From: Bacteriovoracaceae bacterium
GTDB taxonomy: Bacteria; Bdellovibrionota; Bacteriovoracia; Bacteriovoracales; Bacteriovoracaceae
DNA length: 64,000 bases
Reading direction: 5' to 3'
NCBI GenBank assembly: GCA_050247975.1
Contig: JBFWTE010000021.1
Coordinates: 272-64,271 of the forward strand
The notes beneath the pieces were generated by a model. It worked only from the letters and a program-made list of their open reading frames with translations. It did no database searches and was not told where the DNA came from. A program made the translations under genes and the position numbers. Shown here in pieces: positions 48,113-57,694 of this stretch (position 1 is the stretch's first letter; each line of letters starts with the position of its first letter).

Positions 48113-48900
48113 ATGAGTTTTTCAAATCTCTTGGAGAATCTCTTATACGAGGTTTTTCATTTTTTCTTTTCTCATGTCTTCTGGCCTTCAGTTTAACCCA
48201 CAGGCCATGGATTGCTAAAACGATTGAGCGAATCACACCAGAGAAAATGGTGAGCCCTTATTTTGTGGCGGTGATGGATGGATCTGTTGATGCTGGGAAA
48301 ATAAAAAGTATCATGCAAAAACTACCTGGAATTGTCGCGATTGATGATAAGGAATCTGTAGAAAGTAAAAATAAATTACAGGCATTAGTGGGCGAGCTTG
48401 GAAGTGAGTATTCTGTCAATTCAGAACTGATGAATTTTAAATCTTTAAGAATTATCATGAGTCCATCTCTTTCAATTGAGAGTTTAAATTTTGTGAGAGG
48501 CCAAGTGGTAAAACTTGGTGGAAAAGATCACTTAACAGCGACTGAAATTAAGTATCCTGAAATTACCGCAGTGATGAAGTCACAACCCTTTTATGCTTTT
48601 TTGAGTAAGGCCGGAGATTGGGGAGTGGTGTTCATTCTTGCTTTGTTATGGATCACAAGTTATTGGCTTTGTTATGATGTCTTTAGATCTCGTTCCTACG
48701 TGATCGAGAAATTCCAAAGAAAAAAATTAGTGGCGGCCAAATCGATAGCAACAGGTCTTGCTTTCGTTGTAGGCCTGTTTGTTGCCCTTGGTATTTGGAA
48801 TGAAACATTGAAATTTTTCGATTTGATTATTTTATTAATGATATTTTCAGTGTTTTGGACTTTTTCGATGCAAGATTGGAGATGGAAACCAGCACTATGA
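48100..48900 (+). CDS. ftsX: Divergent FtsX-like membrane protein
   Basis: 1 TM + periplasmic loop + 3 TM topology; position between ftsE and envC. Call rests on topology and synteny. Confidence 0.55.
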   Translation: MFYLNEFFKSLGESLIRGFSFFLFSCLLAFSLTHRPWIAKTIERITPEKMVSPYFVAVMDGSVDAGKIKSIMQKLPGIVAIDDKESVESKNKLQALVGELGSEYSVNSELMNFKSLRIIMSPSLSIESLNFVRGQVVKLGGKDHLTATEIKYPEITAVMKSQPFYAFLSKAGDWGVVFILALLWITSYWLCYDVFRSRSYVIEKFQRKKLVAAKSIATGLAFVVGLFVALGIWNETLKFFDLIILLMIFSVFWTFSMQDWRWKPAL

Positions 48901-49910
48901 GAAATATTCTTTTTCTCTCGTTACTTGTTTGTTCTATTGAATCATCTTATTCGGCCATCAAAGGTCGCGGTGATGATTTGACAAAATATCGCTCGGAAGT
49001 CGTACAACTAGGTGCTAAGTTAACGACACTAGAAAAAGAAATTGGCTCTAAAAATAATTTGTACTTATCAAGTATTGAGCAGATTAAGCAATTTGAAATT
49101 GATGTTCATCATTATCGTGAAAAATTAAAAGAAATTCATAAGCACGTTAAAGAGGCCCAGAGAGAAAATAAAAGAATTCTTCAAAGCTATTTGTTAGAAA
49201 GTAACAATGAATCACTTGAGCCTTGGCAAAGGAAAGTTCATTTGGAGCTCTTGAAACAGGCCCAGATAAAATTGAAAAATAAAGAAAATGAACTTATCTC
49301 TTTTGAAAATAAAGTGGCAGAATTTGACTTAAAGTTAGCCGAACTTCGCAGAAATGAAGAAGAGCTTTCAGAAGTGATTAAAGAACTTAATGAAAGAAAA
49401 AAAATCGCCATGGAATTATACATGGCAAAAGTTCAAGATAAGAAAAAGATTGAGTCAGAAATTCAGAAGCAAAAAATAAATACAAAATTAGCTGAAGTTA
49501 AAAAAGAATTTAGTAAGGCCCCAATCATTGAAGCGAGACCAGATCGCATATTCTCAAGACCAGTAGATGACTTTTTGAGTTTTACTCCGAGTCCCAAAGG
49601 AGTCACTTTTAAGTATCAGTCTATTCAACCAGTCAAGGCCACAGGGGAAGGCAAGGTTGTCTTTGCTGGTGATCTTGCAAGTTATGGACAAGTGGTTTTA
49701 ATTGATCATGGTAATGATCTTCGATCTGTGATTTTGGGCAAGATGAATATTAGAGTGAAGAAGAATGATTCTGTGAAAGATGGAGATGTTCTGGCCTATA
49801 CGATGAATGACACTAAAGAAGCTCAGAATCTTTACTTTGAAATCAGAAAGAAAAACACAGCTCAGAACACTATTTTGTGGTTAGATCAGAATGGAGTGAG
49901 TAAAATTTAA
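48897..49910 (+). CDS. envC: EnvC-like amidase activator (coiled coil + degenerate LytM)
   Basis: Signal peptide; long coiled coil; YGQVVLIDHG...NLYFEIRK without Zn ligands. Confidence 0.75.
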   Translation: MRNILFLSLLVCSIESSYSAIKGRGDDLTKYRSEVVQLGAKLTTLEKEIGSKNNLYLSSIEQIKQFEIDVHHYREKLKEIHKHVKEAQRENKRILQSYLLESNNESLEPWQRKVHLELLKQAQIKLKNKENELISFENKVAEFDLKLAELRRNEEELSEVIKELNERKKIAMELYMAKVQDKKKIESEIQKQKINTKLAEVKKEFSKAPIIEARPDRIFSRPVDDFLSFTPSPKGVTFKYQSIQPVKATGEGKVVFAGDLASYGQVVLIDHGNDLRSVILGKMNIRVKKNDSVKDGDVLAYTMNDTKEAQNLYFEIRKKNTAQNTILWLDQNGVSKI

Positions 49911-49938
49911 GACAGATAAAAATGTCTTAGGAGTACTC

Positions 49939-51330
49939 ATGTTACGCTTCTCTGTCTTAACTGTTTCCCTCTTTATTTCCTTCCAAGCTTTGGCCAAAGA
50001 TAAAATTCCAGGGAATGCACCAAAAATTTCAGAAAATAGTTCTCGCTTTGAGCAGCTTGAACTTTTTAATAAAGTTCTCCACCTGGTAGAAACTCAATAT
50101 TACAGAGAAGTTAGTACTGAAAAGTTAATTGAAGGTGCTTTAAAAGGAATGATGGAAACCTTAGATCCTCATTCTTCTTTTTTGAATCGTGATTTCTTTG
50201 AGAAAATGCAAAATGATACTCAAGGAGAATTTGGAGGCCTTGGATTAGAGGTGACTCAAAAAGAAGGCGTCATTTATATTATTACGCCAATTGATGATAC
50301 TCCGGCCTTTCGTGCAGGAATTAAACCTAAAGATAAATTAGTTGAAATTAATCATGAACCGATTGTGGGGATGACACTTGAGCAATCCATCGAAAAAATG
50401 CGTGGCCAGGTTGGAGAAAAAATTCATTTAGGAATTATTCGTGAAGGCGAAGATGGTATCAAGCATTTTAATTTAAAGCGTGAAGTGATCAAAGTGAAGC
50501 CAGTGAAGGCAGAATTAATTAAAAATCAATTTGCCTACATTCGTTTAACTCAATTTCAAAAGCGTTCTGCCGAATCAATTGAAGAAGCACTTAAAAAACT
50601 GTCTGCTGAAGCAAAGAAAAATGGTGGGCTAGCAGGTATTATCCTTGATTTAAGATCGAATCCTGGTGGACTTTTAGATCAGGCAGTAGATGTTTCATCT
50701 CTTTTCTTAAAAGAAGGAATTGTTGTTTCTACCGAGTCTCGTGATCCCCAAAATAAAGATATTCGTTATGTTAAAAAGTCTGGGTATAAGGATTTAACGA
50801 CTCCTCTAGCGGTACTTATCAATGGTGCTTCAGCTTCGGCCTCTGAAATTGTTGCTGGTGCTCTTCAAGACTACAAACGCGGTGTCATCATGGGGTCTCA
50901 ATCATTTGGTAAAGGCTCTGTTCAAACTGTTGCTCAATTGGATAAATATACTGGAGTAAAACTTACGATTGCTCAGTACATGACCCCTCATAATAGAAAG
51001 ATTCAGGCCGTGGGAATTACTCCTGACATTCAAATTGAAGAAGTTGATCAAAATTCCTTTGAGAAGAATTTAAAAGAAGACCGCTATATTCGAGAAAAAG
51101 ATTTGAAGAATCATTTAACTGCAACTCTTGAGACACCTAAGGAAAAGCAAGAGCGTGAGGCGAGAGAAAAAATTGAAAGGGCCGAACGTATAAAAGAAAT
51201 GGAAATGAAGAAAAAAACAAAAAAAGAAGAGGATGAATTATTTAAAGTTTATAGGCCTTCTGAAGATTATCAAGTTCTTCAATCAATTAGATACTTGCAA
51301 GGATTTAGTATATTTAAAAATTATAAATAA
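49939..51330 (+). CDS. ctpA: Carboxy-terminal processing protease (S41A, PDZ)
   Basis: LDPHS, GEFGGLGLEV, DLRSNPGGLL, SASASEIVAGALQD, FGKGSVQ. Confidence 0.92.
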   Translation: MLRFSVLTVSLFISFQALAKDKIPGNAPKISENSSRFEQLELFNKVLHLVETQYYREVSTEKLIEGALKGMMETLDPHSSFLNRDFFEKMQNDTQGEFGGLGLEVTQKEGVIYIITPIDDTPAFRAGIKPKDKLVEINHEPIVGMTLEQSIEKMRGQVGEKIHLGIIREGEDGIKHFNLKREVIKVKPVKAELIKNQFAYIRLTQFQKRSAESIEEALKKLSAEAKKNGGLAGIILDLRSNPGGLLDQAVDVSSLFLKEGIVVSTESRDPQNKDIRYVKKSGYKDLTTPLAVLINGASASASEIVAGALQDYKRGVIMGSQSFGKGSVQTVAQLDKYTGVKLTIAQYMTPHNRKIQAVGITPDIQIEEVDQNSFEKNLKEDRYIREKDLKNHLTATLETPKEKQEREAREKIERAERIKEMEMKKKTKKEEDELFKVYRPSEDYQVLQSIRYLQGFSIFKNYK

Positions 51331-52598
51331 TGATGAATTATCAAGCAGCTTCAGTTACAGATTTGGTTTCAAGCATAAAGGATTTGCTTGAAGAGCAATT
51401 CCAAGAAGTCATGGTTCAGGGAGAAATAACCAATCTTTCTCCTTCGGCCGCTGGACACTGGTACTTTACACTTTCAGATGAAAACTCTTCCATTTCTTGC
51501 GCCTTATTTAAGATGGAGGCCTTAAGAAATCCTTTAATACGTAATTTGAAGGATGGTGATAAAGTTGTCGTATTAGGTCCTGTAAGTGTTTATCAAAAGC
51601 GTGGCTCATTTCAACTTATCATCAAGAGAATCATGCCTGCTGGAGAGGGGCAATTAAAGCTTCAATACGAAAAACTTAAAAGCAAGCTTGCAGCTGAGGG
51701 ATTATTTGATCTTGAAAAAAAGAAAGCGATTCCCGTATTTCCAAGAAAAATCGCTGTTATAACAGCGGAGCATGGAGCAGCTTTGCAAGACTTTCTTAAT
51801 GTCTTTAAGCGAAGATCTCTTTGGTACAATATCTTAATTATTCCGGCCTTAGTTCAAGGAGAGGGATCTCCAAAGTCTCTTATTTCAGCTCTTAAAAAAG
51901 CACAAGAGATTGAAGAAGTTGATGTTATCGTCCTTACTCGTGGGGGAGGAAGTTTAGAGGATCTTTGGGCCTTTAACGATGAAGCCTTAGTTCGCGAGAT
52001 AGATAAATGCCAGATTCCAGTGATAAGTGCAGTTGGCCATCAGGTGGATTTTACTCTCTGTGATTTTGTGGCCGATTATAGGTCTGAAACACCGACTGCT
52101 GCAGCAGAGATACTCTCTCAACCTCAGACCCAATTGGAAGGAAGACTAAAATATTGTCAGTCCCACTTAAAATCAGATCTCTTTAAACTCGAGCAACAAA
52201 TCGAGTTAATGAATGAGAAATTTCATCCTCGAGAACTTTTGGGGCTTATTTGGCAAAAACTTCAAAATGGAGAAAAAAAATTATCTAGTATTCGTTTTAG
52301 AGATCGATCTTCGGAGTTATTGGGACTTCAAGAAGCTTCTCAACGTTTAGATGAATCAATTTTACGTTTAGAGCATAATACCCAGCTAAAAATATCAAGA
52401 ATAGATCATCATTTAATACGACTGGAGCAGGTTTTGGGAGCACTAAATCCTCGAAATGTTCTAGGAAGAGGGTATTCCTATATACAAATTGCCGATGGTG
52501 AAGTTGTTTCATCTCTGCAAAAATATAACCAGCTTCCTTCAAGGGAAAAAATAAAAATTCAATTCCATGATGGAGTGGGTGAGGCGAGTAAGGATTAG
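51330..52598 (+). CDS. xseA: Exodeoxyribonuclease VII large subunit
   Basis: VQGEITN, GHWYFTL, VQGEG, RGGGSLEDLWAFN, SAVGHQVD, TPTAAAE. Confidence 0.95.
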   Translation: MMNYQAASVTDLVSSIKDLLEEQFQEVMVQGEITNLSPSAAGHWYFTLSDENSSISCALFKMEALRNPLIRNLKDGDKVVVLGPVSVYQKRGSFQLIIKRIMPAGEGQLKLQYEKLKSKLAAEGLFDLEKKKAIPVFPRKIAVITAEHGAALQDFLNVFKRRSLWYNILIIPALVQGEGSPKSLISALKKAQEIEEVDVIVLTRGGGSLEDLWAFNDEALVREIDKCQIPVISAVGHQVDFTLCDFVADYRSETPTAAAEILSQPQTQLEGRLKYCQSHLKSDLFKLEQQIELMNEKFHPRELLGLIWQKLQNGEKKLSSIRFRDRSSELLGLQEASQRLDESILRLEHNTQLKISRIDHHLIRLEQVLGALNPRNVLGRGYSYIQIADGEVVSSLQKYNQLPSREKIKIQFHDGVGEASKD

Positions 52599-52599
52599 C

Positions 52600-53442
52600 A
52601 TGAAAATATTTTTGATTCTTTCATTTTTTTATTCAGTTTCTTCTTATTCACAAAAGATAGTTCCTATTGAAACTCTGCATTTTAAGATTAGGCCAGGAGA
52701 AGTCAGGGTCGTTGAGTTTCCCTTGAGAAACGATAATGTGAAACTGATTTGCCGAGAAGATGAGATTAAATTTGCTAGAAAAGATAAGGTGGGCCGGGCC
52801 ATCATTGTTGAAAGTTACTTCAGCGATGAGAAACCTTTTTTATGTCGAGTCGAATCAGATAATGAAACTTATTATCAATTGGAGTTTAGTGTTGAATCTA
52901 GAACTTTTAAGGAAGAGAAATTAAAAGTTGATCCTAAAAGAGTTAAGCTTTCGCCTGAAAATGAAAAAAGAGCATGGGAAGAGCAGCAGGTCTTAAATAG
53001 AATTTATGCAAGTTCTGCCAAAGAATTTCTTTTTACAACTCCATTCATTCAACCAATGTCTAGTTTGGTCACAAGTGTTTATGGAATAAAGCGTGTTTAT
53101 AATAAAGAAAAAAAAGGTCAGCATTTAGGTATTGATTATAGAGCGGCCATTGGTGAAAACGTTCCGGCCACGAACTCTGGAAATGTTGTCTTTGCCGGAG
53201 ACTTATTTTATACCGGCTGGACTGTGATCATTGATCATGGCCTTGACATCTTTACTGTTTACGGGCATCTTTCTAAAACCCTTGTCAAAGCAGGACAGCG
53301 AGTAGAAAAAGGTGAGTTGATTGGCCTCTCTGGAAATACAGGCCGATCTTCAGGTCCACATCTACACTGGGGCGTAAAAGTTCAGGGCCAGTACATTGAT
53401 GGATTTGTCCTGATTGATGAAACAAAGAGATACTTCCAGTAA
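52600..53442 (+). CDS. Secreted M23 (LytM) metallopeptidase
   Basis: Signal peptide; HLGID, YGHL, GNTGRSSGPHLHW (Zn ligands intact). Confidence 0.9.
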   Translation: MKIFLILSFFYSVSSYSQKIVPIETLHFKIRPGEVRVVEFPLRNDNVKLICREDEIKFARKDKVGRAIIVESYFSDEKPFLCRVESDNETYYQLEFSVESRTFKEEKLKVDPKRVKLSPENEKRAWEEQQVLNRIYASSAKEFLFTTPFIQPMSSLVTSVYGIKRVYNKEKKGQHLGIDYRAAIGENVPATNSGNVVFAGDLFYTGWTVIIDHGLDIFTVYGHLSKTLVKAGQRVEKGELIGLSGNTGRSSGPHLHWGVKVQGQYIDGFVLIDETKRYFQ

Positions 53443-55131
53443 ATGCGTGAGTTTTCAGGTCTAATCACTTTTCGTATAGATCCTCTCATAGGTATGGAGT
53501 CAAGACGACTTCTGGAAGATCAGTTGTCTGATTTTAAAAATGCAGAAATTCAAGAATTAAAGTCTTGGGCGCCAGAGAACAGCTCTAATCTTTTAGTCGA
53601 TTTTTTGGCCGAAGGATCTTTGCACCTTGCTAAGGCAGGACCGCATATTAAGCTTTGTCTTCTTGATGAAAATCAAGGGCTGTTTAGTTTTGGTCAAAGC
53701 ATAGAAGATTCCTTGATTGATGGAGTCTTAGATTCCCAAGTAGATATAAAACAAATATCAATGCTGATTCAGGCCCCATTGATGGGTCTTGTTCAAAAGA
53801 AAGAACAGGCCCTATATCAAAAAGGTATTAAGAATTTAAGGCGTTTTGAAACAGCTCTCAAGTCAAAAAAAGAAGTTCATAACCTCACTTCAGAGGCGTT
53901 GTTGAGTTATACTCAGGCCCTAGTGGATTTAGAAAAAGAGCTTATTCATGCTGAAGATATTCCTAGAATTTCAAAAGTTGTAAAACAGTTTGCGAAAAAT
54001 CAATTTGAGAAAAGTAAATTTAACTTTTATACCTCAGATGATATCTATCAAATAGGCAGCTCGAGCACATTTTTAGTTCTTCCAAAATATAAAGGTCATT
54101 TTCTTGCCATTGAAATGAATTGGGAAGAAGAGGATTATCTTAAACTTCTGAAACGCTTTTTTTTCTTTTATACATTAGTGAGCTTTATTCTTTCTCAACA
54201 AGAAATTCGAGATCCTTTTTTTGATGAAAAATTATGGGAAAATGTTTTAGATAGTATCCCTTTTCCTGTTGCACTTTTGTCTCAGTCAGGGGAAGTCTAC
54301 CAACATAATACTTTGTTTTCTAAACTCAATTTCACTCCTCAAGATTGTTTAAAACTTAAATTAAGAGATAAAATTCTCATCAACGACATTCCGTATAATA
54401 TTTTTAGAAAAGATACTTTTCATTTGGATGAGAATAAAATTTTATTTGTTTTTTTTACGGAGAGTTTTTTTCTTAAAGGTGATGGTAATTTAACACCAAG
54501 TGGACAAGAATTAGGAATTATTAGTTCAAGCATTGCCCATGAACTTAATAATCCAATTGCTGGAATTCAGACTGCTCTTTCACTCCTTATGTTAGACGAT
54601 GATCTAAATGAAGAGGCGAAGCAAACACTCAGTGAAATGAAAAATGGGGCGATTCGCTGTAAGCAGCTCATTGAAACTTTCCTTGGCTTTTCTCGGGCCA
54701 ATCCTAAGGCCGCTTTTACAAAGACTCAAGTTAGCCCAGTTGAAGTTTGCTACGGACAAGCTCAGAACTTATTAAGATTTAGAACTGTGGAGAGTGGGAT
54801 ACGTTTTTCAATCGAATATTCGAATCATACTGATTTTCGTGCTTCAGTTAATTTGAGTCTTTTGACTATGACTTTTTACCTCATCATGGGTGAATTAATG
54901 ACGTTATATTCTCATCAGTTATTGATTGCGAATAAGAGTCAGATAGAAAAAGTGATCAAGGGAGAGCTTATTGAATCTTCTCAAGAAATCCAAATTCAAT
55001 TGCATGAGCTAAATATTTCAGGTCTTACTCTTTCTAAACTGATTCAGAATTTACTTAATATCGAAAATTTCGTTCTACAAGTTTCAGACTATTCTTTGCG
55101 CTTTATTTATAATCCACCTAGAGATGATTAG
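53443..55131 (+). CDS. PAS + HisKA protein with degenerate ATPase domain (pseudo-histidine kinase)
   Basis: VLDSIPFPVALL..GEV..HN (PAS-like); SIAHELNNPIAGI H-box; no recognisable N/G1/F/G2 boxes. Confidence 0.7.
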   Translation: MREFSGLITFRIDPLIGMESRRLLEDQLSDFKNAEIQELKSWAPENSSNLLVDFLAEGSLHLAKAGPHIKLCLLDENQGLFSFGQSIEDSLIDGVLDSQVDIKQISMLIQAPLMGLVQKKEQALYQKGIKNLRRFETALKSKKEVHNLTSEALLSYTQALVDLEKELIHAEDIPRISKVVKQFAKNQFEKSKFNFYTSDDIYQIGSSSTFLVLPKYKGHFLAIEMNWEEEDYLKLLKRFFFFYTLVSFILSQQEIRDPFFDEKLWENVLDSIPFPVALLSQSGEVYQHNTLFSKLNFTPQDCLKLKLRDKILINDIPYNIFRKDTFHLDENKILFVFFTESFFLKGDGNLTPSGQELGIISSSIAHELNNPIAGIQTALSLLMLDDDLNEEAKQTLSEMKNGAIRCKQLIETFLGFSRANPKAAFTKTQVSPVEVCYGQAQNLLRFRTVESGIRFSIEYSNHTDFRASVNLSLLTMTFYLIMGELMTLYSHQLLIANKSQIEKVIKGELIESSQEIQIQLHELNISGLTLSKLIQNLLNIENFVLQVSDYSLRFIYNPPRDD

Positions 55132-56425
55132 TTGGGAAATTATAGCGATTAGGTTCTAAGGCCATCTGCTCTATCTTGTCTAAGTAGAGTTTTCTTTCAT
55201 CTTTTATGTCATGAATTTTAAAACATAAGTAAAGATCTCTTTCTTGGATAAGGGCCTTATGAAAAAGTCCGAGGAAAATGTCTTTGATATCAGTTTGAAT
55301 GAATATCTTCTTCTTTCCTTTCTGTTGCGTTTCAAAACGATTTACTTGGCCGGTTAAAAACTGGTGTAACTTTTTTTTGTGAGCAGGAAACTTAAAGATT
55401 AATTGTGAATAAGGAGAGAAATTTAAAAAAGAATAAACAATAAATTGTCCATTAATCAGGTGAGGAGTGATAACAAAATCATTCTCTTCAATTAATTTGG
55501 GTGCAGGATGTATTTGATGATTCTTCTGTAGGTATTCAATTGTTTTTTGTCGATAGGTCTCTGGGATTTTAACAAAGTTTGAATTCAAAAAGAAGAGACC
55601 CTCAATAAATGGGCCACATAAGCGAATATGAATTTGACTCCATCTAAACTCAGCAAGATATAATTTAAGAGCTTCTAATTCATCCTTAGGTGATTTGATA
55701 GGTAAGATCGTCAGTATCACCCCATTATCACCTTTGATGGTAAGGACGCATGGATTTTCAATTTTATTGATTGTCTCATAGACCTTTTCAAGGCCATCAC
55801 TGGTTTCAAAAATAGCACGATCTAGTTCAAATTTATTTCTTGGATAATAAAGCTGATTAATTTTTCTAATATGCTTACTTTCAAAAATCTCGAGGTATTT
55901 TAAAAGCAGTTTTCCTGTCGCTCTCGCATCTTCAATCGCTCTATGGGCCTGAGAGTGGGGGATATTGAAGAGTTGGGACATATAATTAAGATTTGAACTC
56001 ATGATATCTGGGATCATGTACTTCGTCATAATATTGGTACAGATAACTTTATTTTCTAAAGTGGGACGATGAAGTTTTCTCAGAACACCATTAAGAAATG
56101 GAATATCAAATGAAGTATTATGAGCAACGAGTATTGTATCTCCAATAAATTGGACAATCTCATCGATGACTTCTTCAATTTTGGGAGAATGCTCAACATC
56201 AGCTTTTTTTATTCCCGTGAGTTTTTGAACAAAATCAGGAATTTCTTTTTGGGGATTGATTAAAAAACTTCTTTCTTCAGTTATTTGAAAGTTCTCAATT
56301 TTGACCATTCCTATTTCAATGATCTTTTCTGTCTCGGGGTTACCACCAGTGGTTTCCAAGTCAATGACACAAAAGTTTAAAGAATTTAGTAATTCATGTG
56401 AATCAGGGAATGAAGGCTCTTGCAT
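55118..56425 (-). CDS. DEDDh 3'-5' exonuclease (DnaQ/PolC-like) with C-terminal extension
   Basis: VIDLETTG, VAHNTSFD, AHRAIEDA. Confidence 0.88.
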   Translation of the reverse strand: MQEPSFPDSHELLNSLNFCVIDLETTGGNPETEKIIEIGMVKIENFQITEERSFLINPQKEIPDFVQKLTGIKKADVEHSPKIEEVIDEIVQFIGDTILVAHNTSFDIPFLNGVLRKLHRPTLENKVICTNIMTKYMIPDIMSSNLNYMSQLFNIPHSQAHRAIEDARATGKLLLKYLEIFESKHIRKINQLYYPRNKFELDRAIFETSDGLEKVYETINKIENPCVLTIKGDNGVILTILPIKSPKDELEALKLYLAEFRWSQIHIRLCGPFIEGLFFLNSNFVKIPETYRQKTIEYLQKNHQIHPAPKLIEENDFVITPHLINGQFIVYSFLNFSPYSQLIFKFPAHKKKLHQFLTGQVNRFETQQKGKKKIFIQTDIKDIFLGLFHKALIQERDLYLCFKIHDIKDERKLYLDKIEQMALEPNRYNFPTNHL

Positions 56426-56465
56426 TTTATCAAAGGGACATTCGTCCCTTCCTCTATAGTTAACT

Positions 56466-56852
56466 TTATTTTAAATGATCTGGAGTAAATGCCGAAGTGA
56501 GGAATTCACCCAGCTTCTTAGTCATTTCTTTTCCATTCTTGTCGCCACAGGTGATTTCCAAATCGAGAGTCGCAAACTCTGTCATCACTTGGAGGCACAT
56601 GCCACAAGGAGGCCAGCCGGCCTCAGTGTAGACATAAACTTTTTTAAGTTTCTTATGTCCCTCTGAAACAGCTTTCCAAATCGCCACTCTTTCAGCGCAG
56701 ACAGTGCCACCGTAACTTGAATTTTCAATGTTACAACCTTGATAGAAATGGCCATCACTTGTTTCAATGGCCGAACCTACTTTGGCCTTTGAATAAGGCG
56801 AGTGAGCACGAGTGGAAGCATCTATGGCAAGTTCACGTAGATTTTTACTCAT
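56466..56852 (-). CDS. cdd: Cytidine deaminase (homotetrameric type)
   Basis: SPYSK..VG, GCNIEN, VCAER, PCGMC. Confidence 0.95.
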   Translation of the reverse strand: MSKNLRELAIDASTRAHSPYSKAKVGSAIETSDGHFYQGCNIENSSYGGTVCAERVAIWKAVSEGHKKLKKVYVYTEAGWPPCGMCLQVMTEFATLDLEITCGDKNGKEMTKKLGEFLTSAFTPDHLK

Positions 56853-57685
56853 TAAATCTTTCCAAGTTTCTTAAGTTCTCCAATAGTTTCAGTCAAAATT
56901 GTAGCAAAACCAACCATGGCCTTTTCTGCCACTTTTTTTACATCAGCATGATTGAGCTTTTCATTCTTGAGCCCGGCCGCATAGTTTGTTACACAGGCCA
57001 CACCTACCACTTTTAGGCCCAAATGATTGGCAGCGATCACTTCAGGAACAGTACTCATACCAACTAGGTCTGCACCAATCATTTTAAACATGCGGATTTC
57101 GGCCGGAGTTTCATAAGTAGGGCCCAAAACTGAGCAGTATACTCCGGATTTCATTTCCACATGATGAGTCTTGGCCACGTCGATCATGATTGAATTTAAT
57201 TCTTTGTCATAGGCATTGGACATATCTGGGAAGCGAGGTCCCAGTTCAGCAATATTAGGTCCAACTAATGGATTTCTCCCTGAAAGATTAATATGGTCTG
57301 TAATCGCCACTAAATCTCCTGGATGGAAATGATCATTGATACCGCCAGAAGCATTGGATAAAAATAAAAATTCGATACCAAGGGCCGCTAAGGTTCTTAC
57401 GGGATGAACGATCTCTTCCATAGGGTGACCTTCATAAGCGTGAAGGCGACCTTGAAGAGCAGCAACAGGAACGCCATGAACCTCACCAATAATCAAGCGC
57501 CCTTCATGTCCTTCTACGGAGCAACGGCGAAAATGAGGAATATCTTGATAGGGAATAATTGTTTTATTTTGGATTTGATCGACATAAATGCCAAGGCCTG
57601 AACCTAACACCATTCCAATTTTAGGTTTTACACTTATTTTTGATTTAATGTATTCCGAAGCCTCTAAAATTTTCATCATCGACAT
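56852..57685 (-). CDS. punA: Purine nucleoside phosphorylase (trimeric PNP/XapA type)
   Basis: VLGSGLG, GHEG, QGRLHAYEG, GPTYETPAE, GMSTVPE, VTNYAAG. Confidence 0.93.
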   Translation of the reverse strand: MSMMKILEASEYIKSKISVKPKIGMVLGSGLGIYVDQIQNKTIIPYQDIPHFRRCSVEGHEGRLIIGEVHGVPVAALQGRLHAYEGHPMEEIVHPVRTLAALGIEFLFLSNASGGINDHFHPGDLVAITDHINLSGRNPLVGPNIAELGPRFPDMSNAYDKELNSIMIDVAKTHHVEMKSGVYCSVLGPTYETPAEIRMFKMIGADLVGMSTVPEVIAANHLGLKVVGVACVTNYAAGLKNEKLNHADVKKVAEKAMVGFATILTETIGELKKLGKI

Positions 57686-57694
57686 ATAGTTTCC

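Noticed and set aside
48897-49910. Loss of Zn ligands in the LytM domain as a novel pseudo-enzyme
   Set aside because: Normal for EnvC-family activators.
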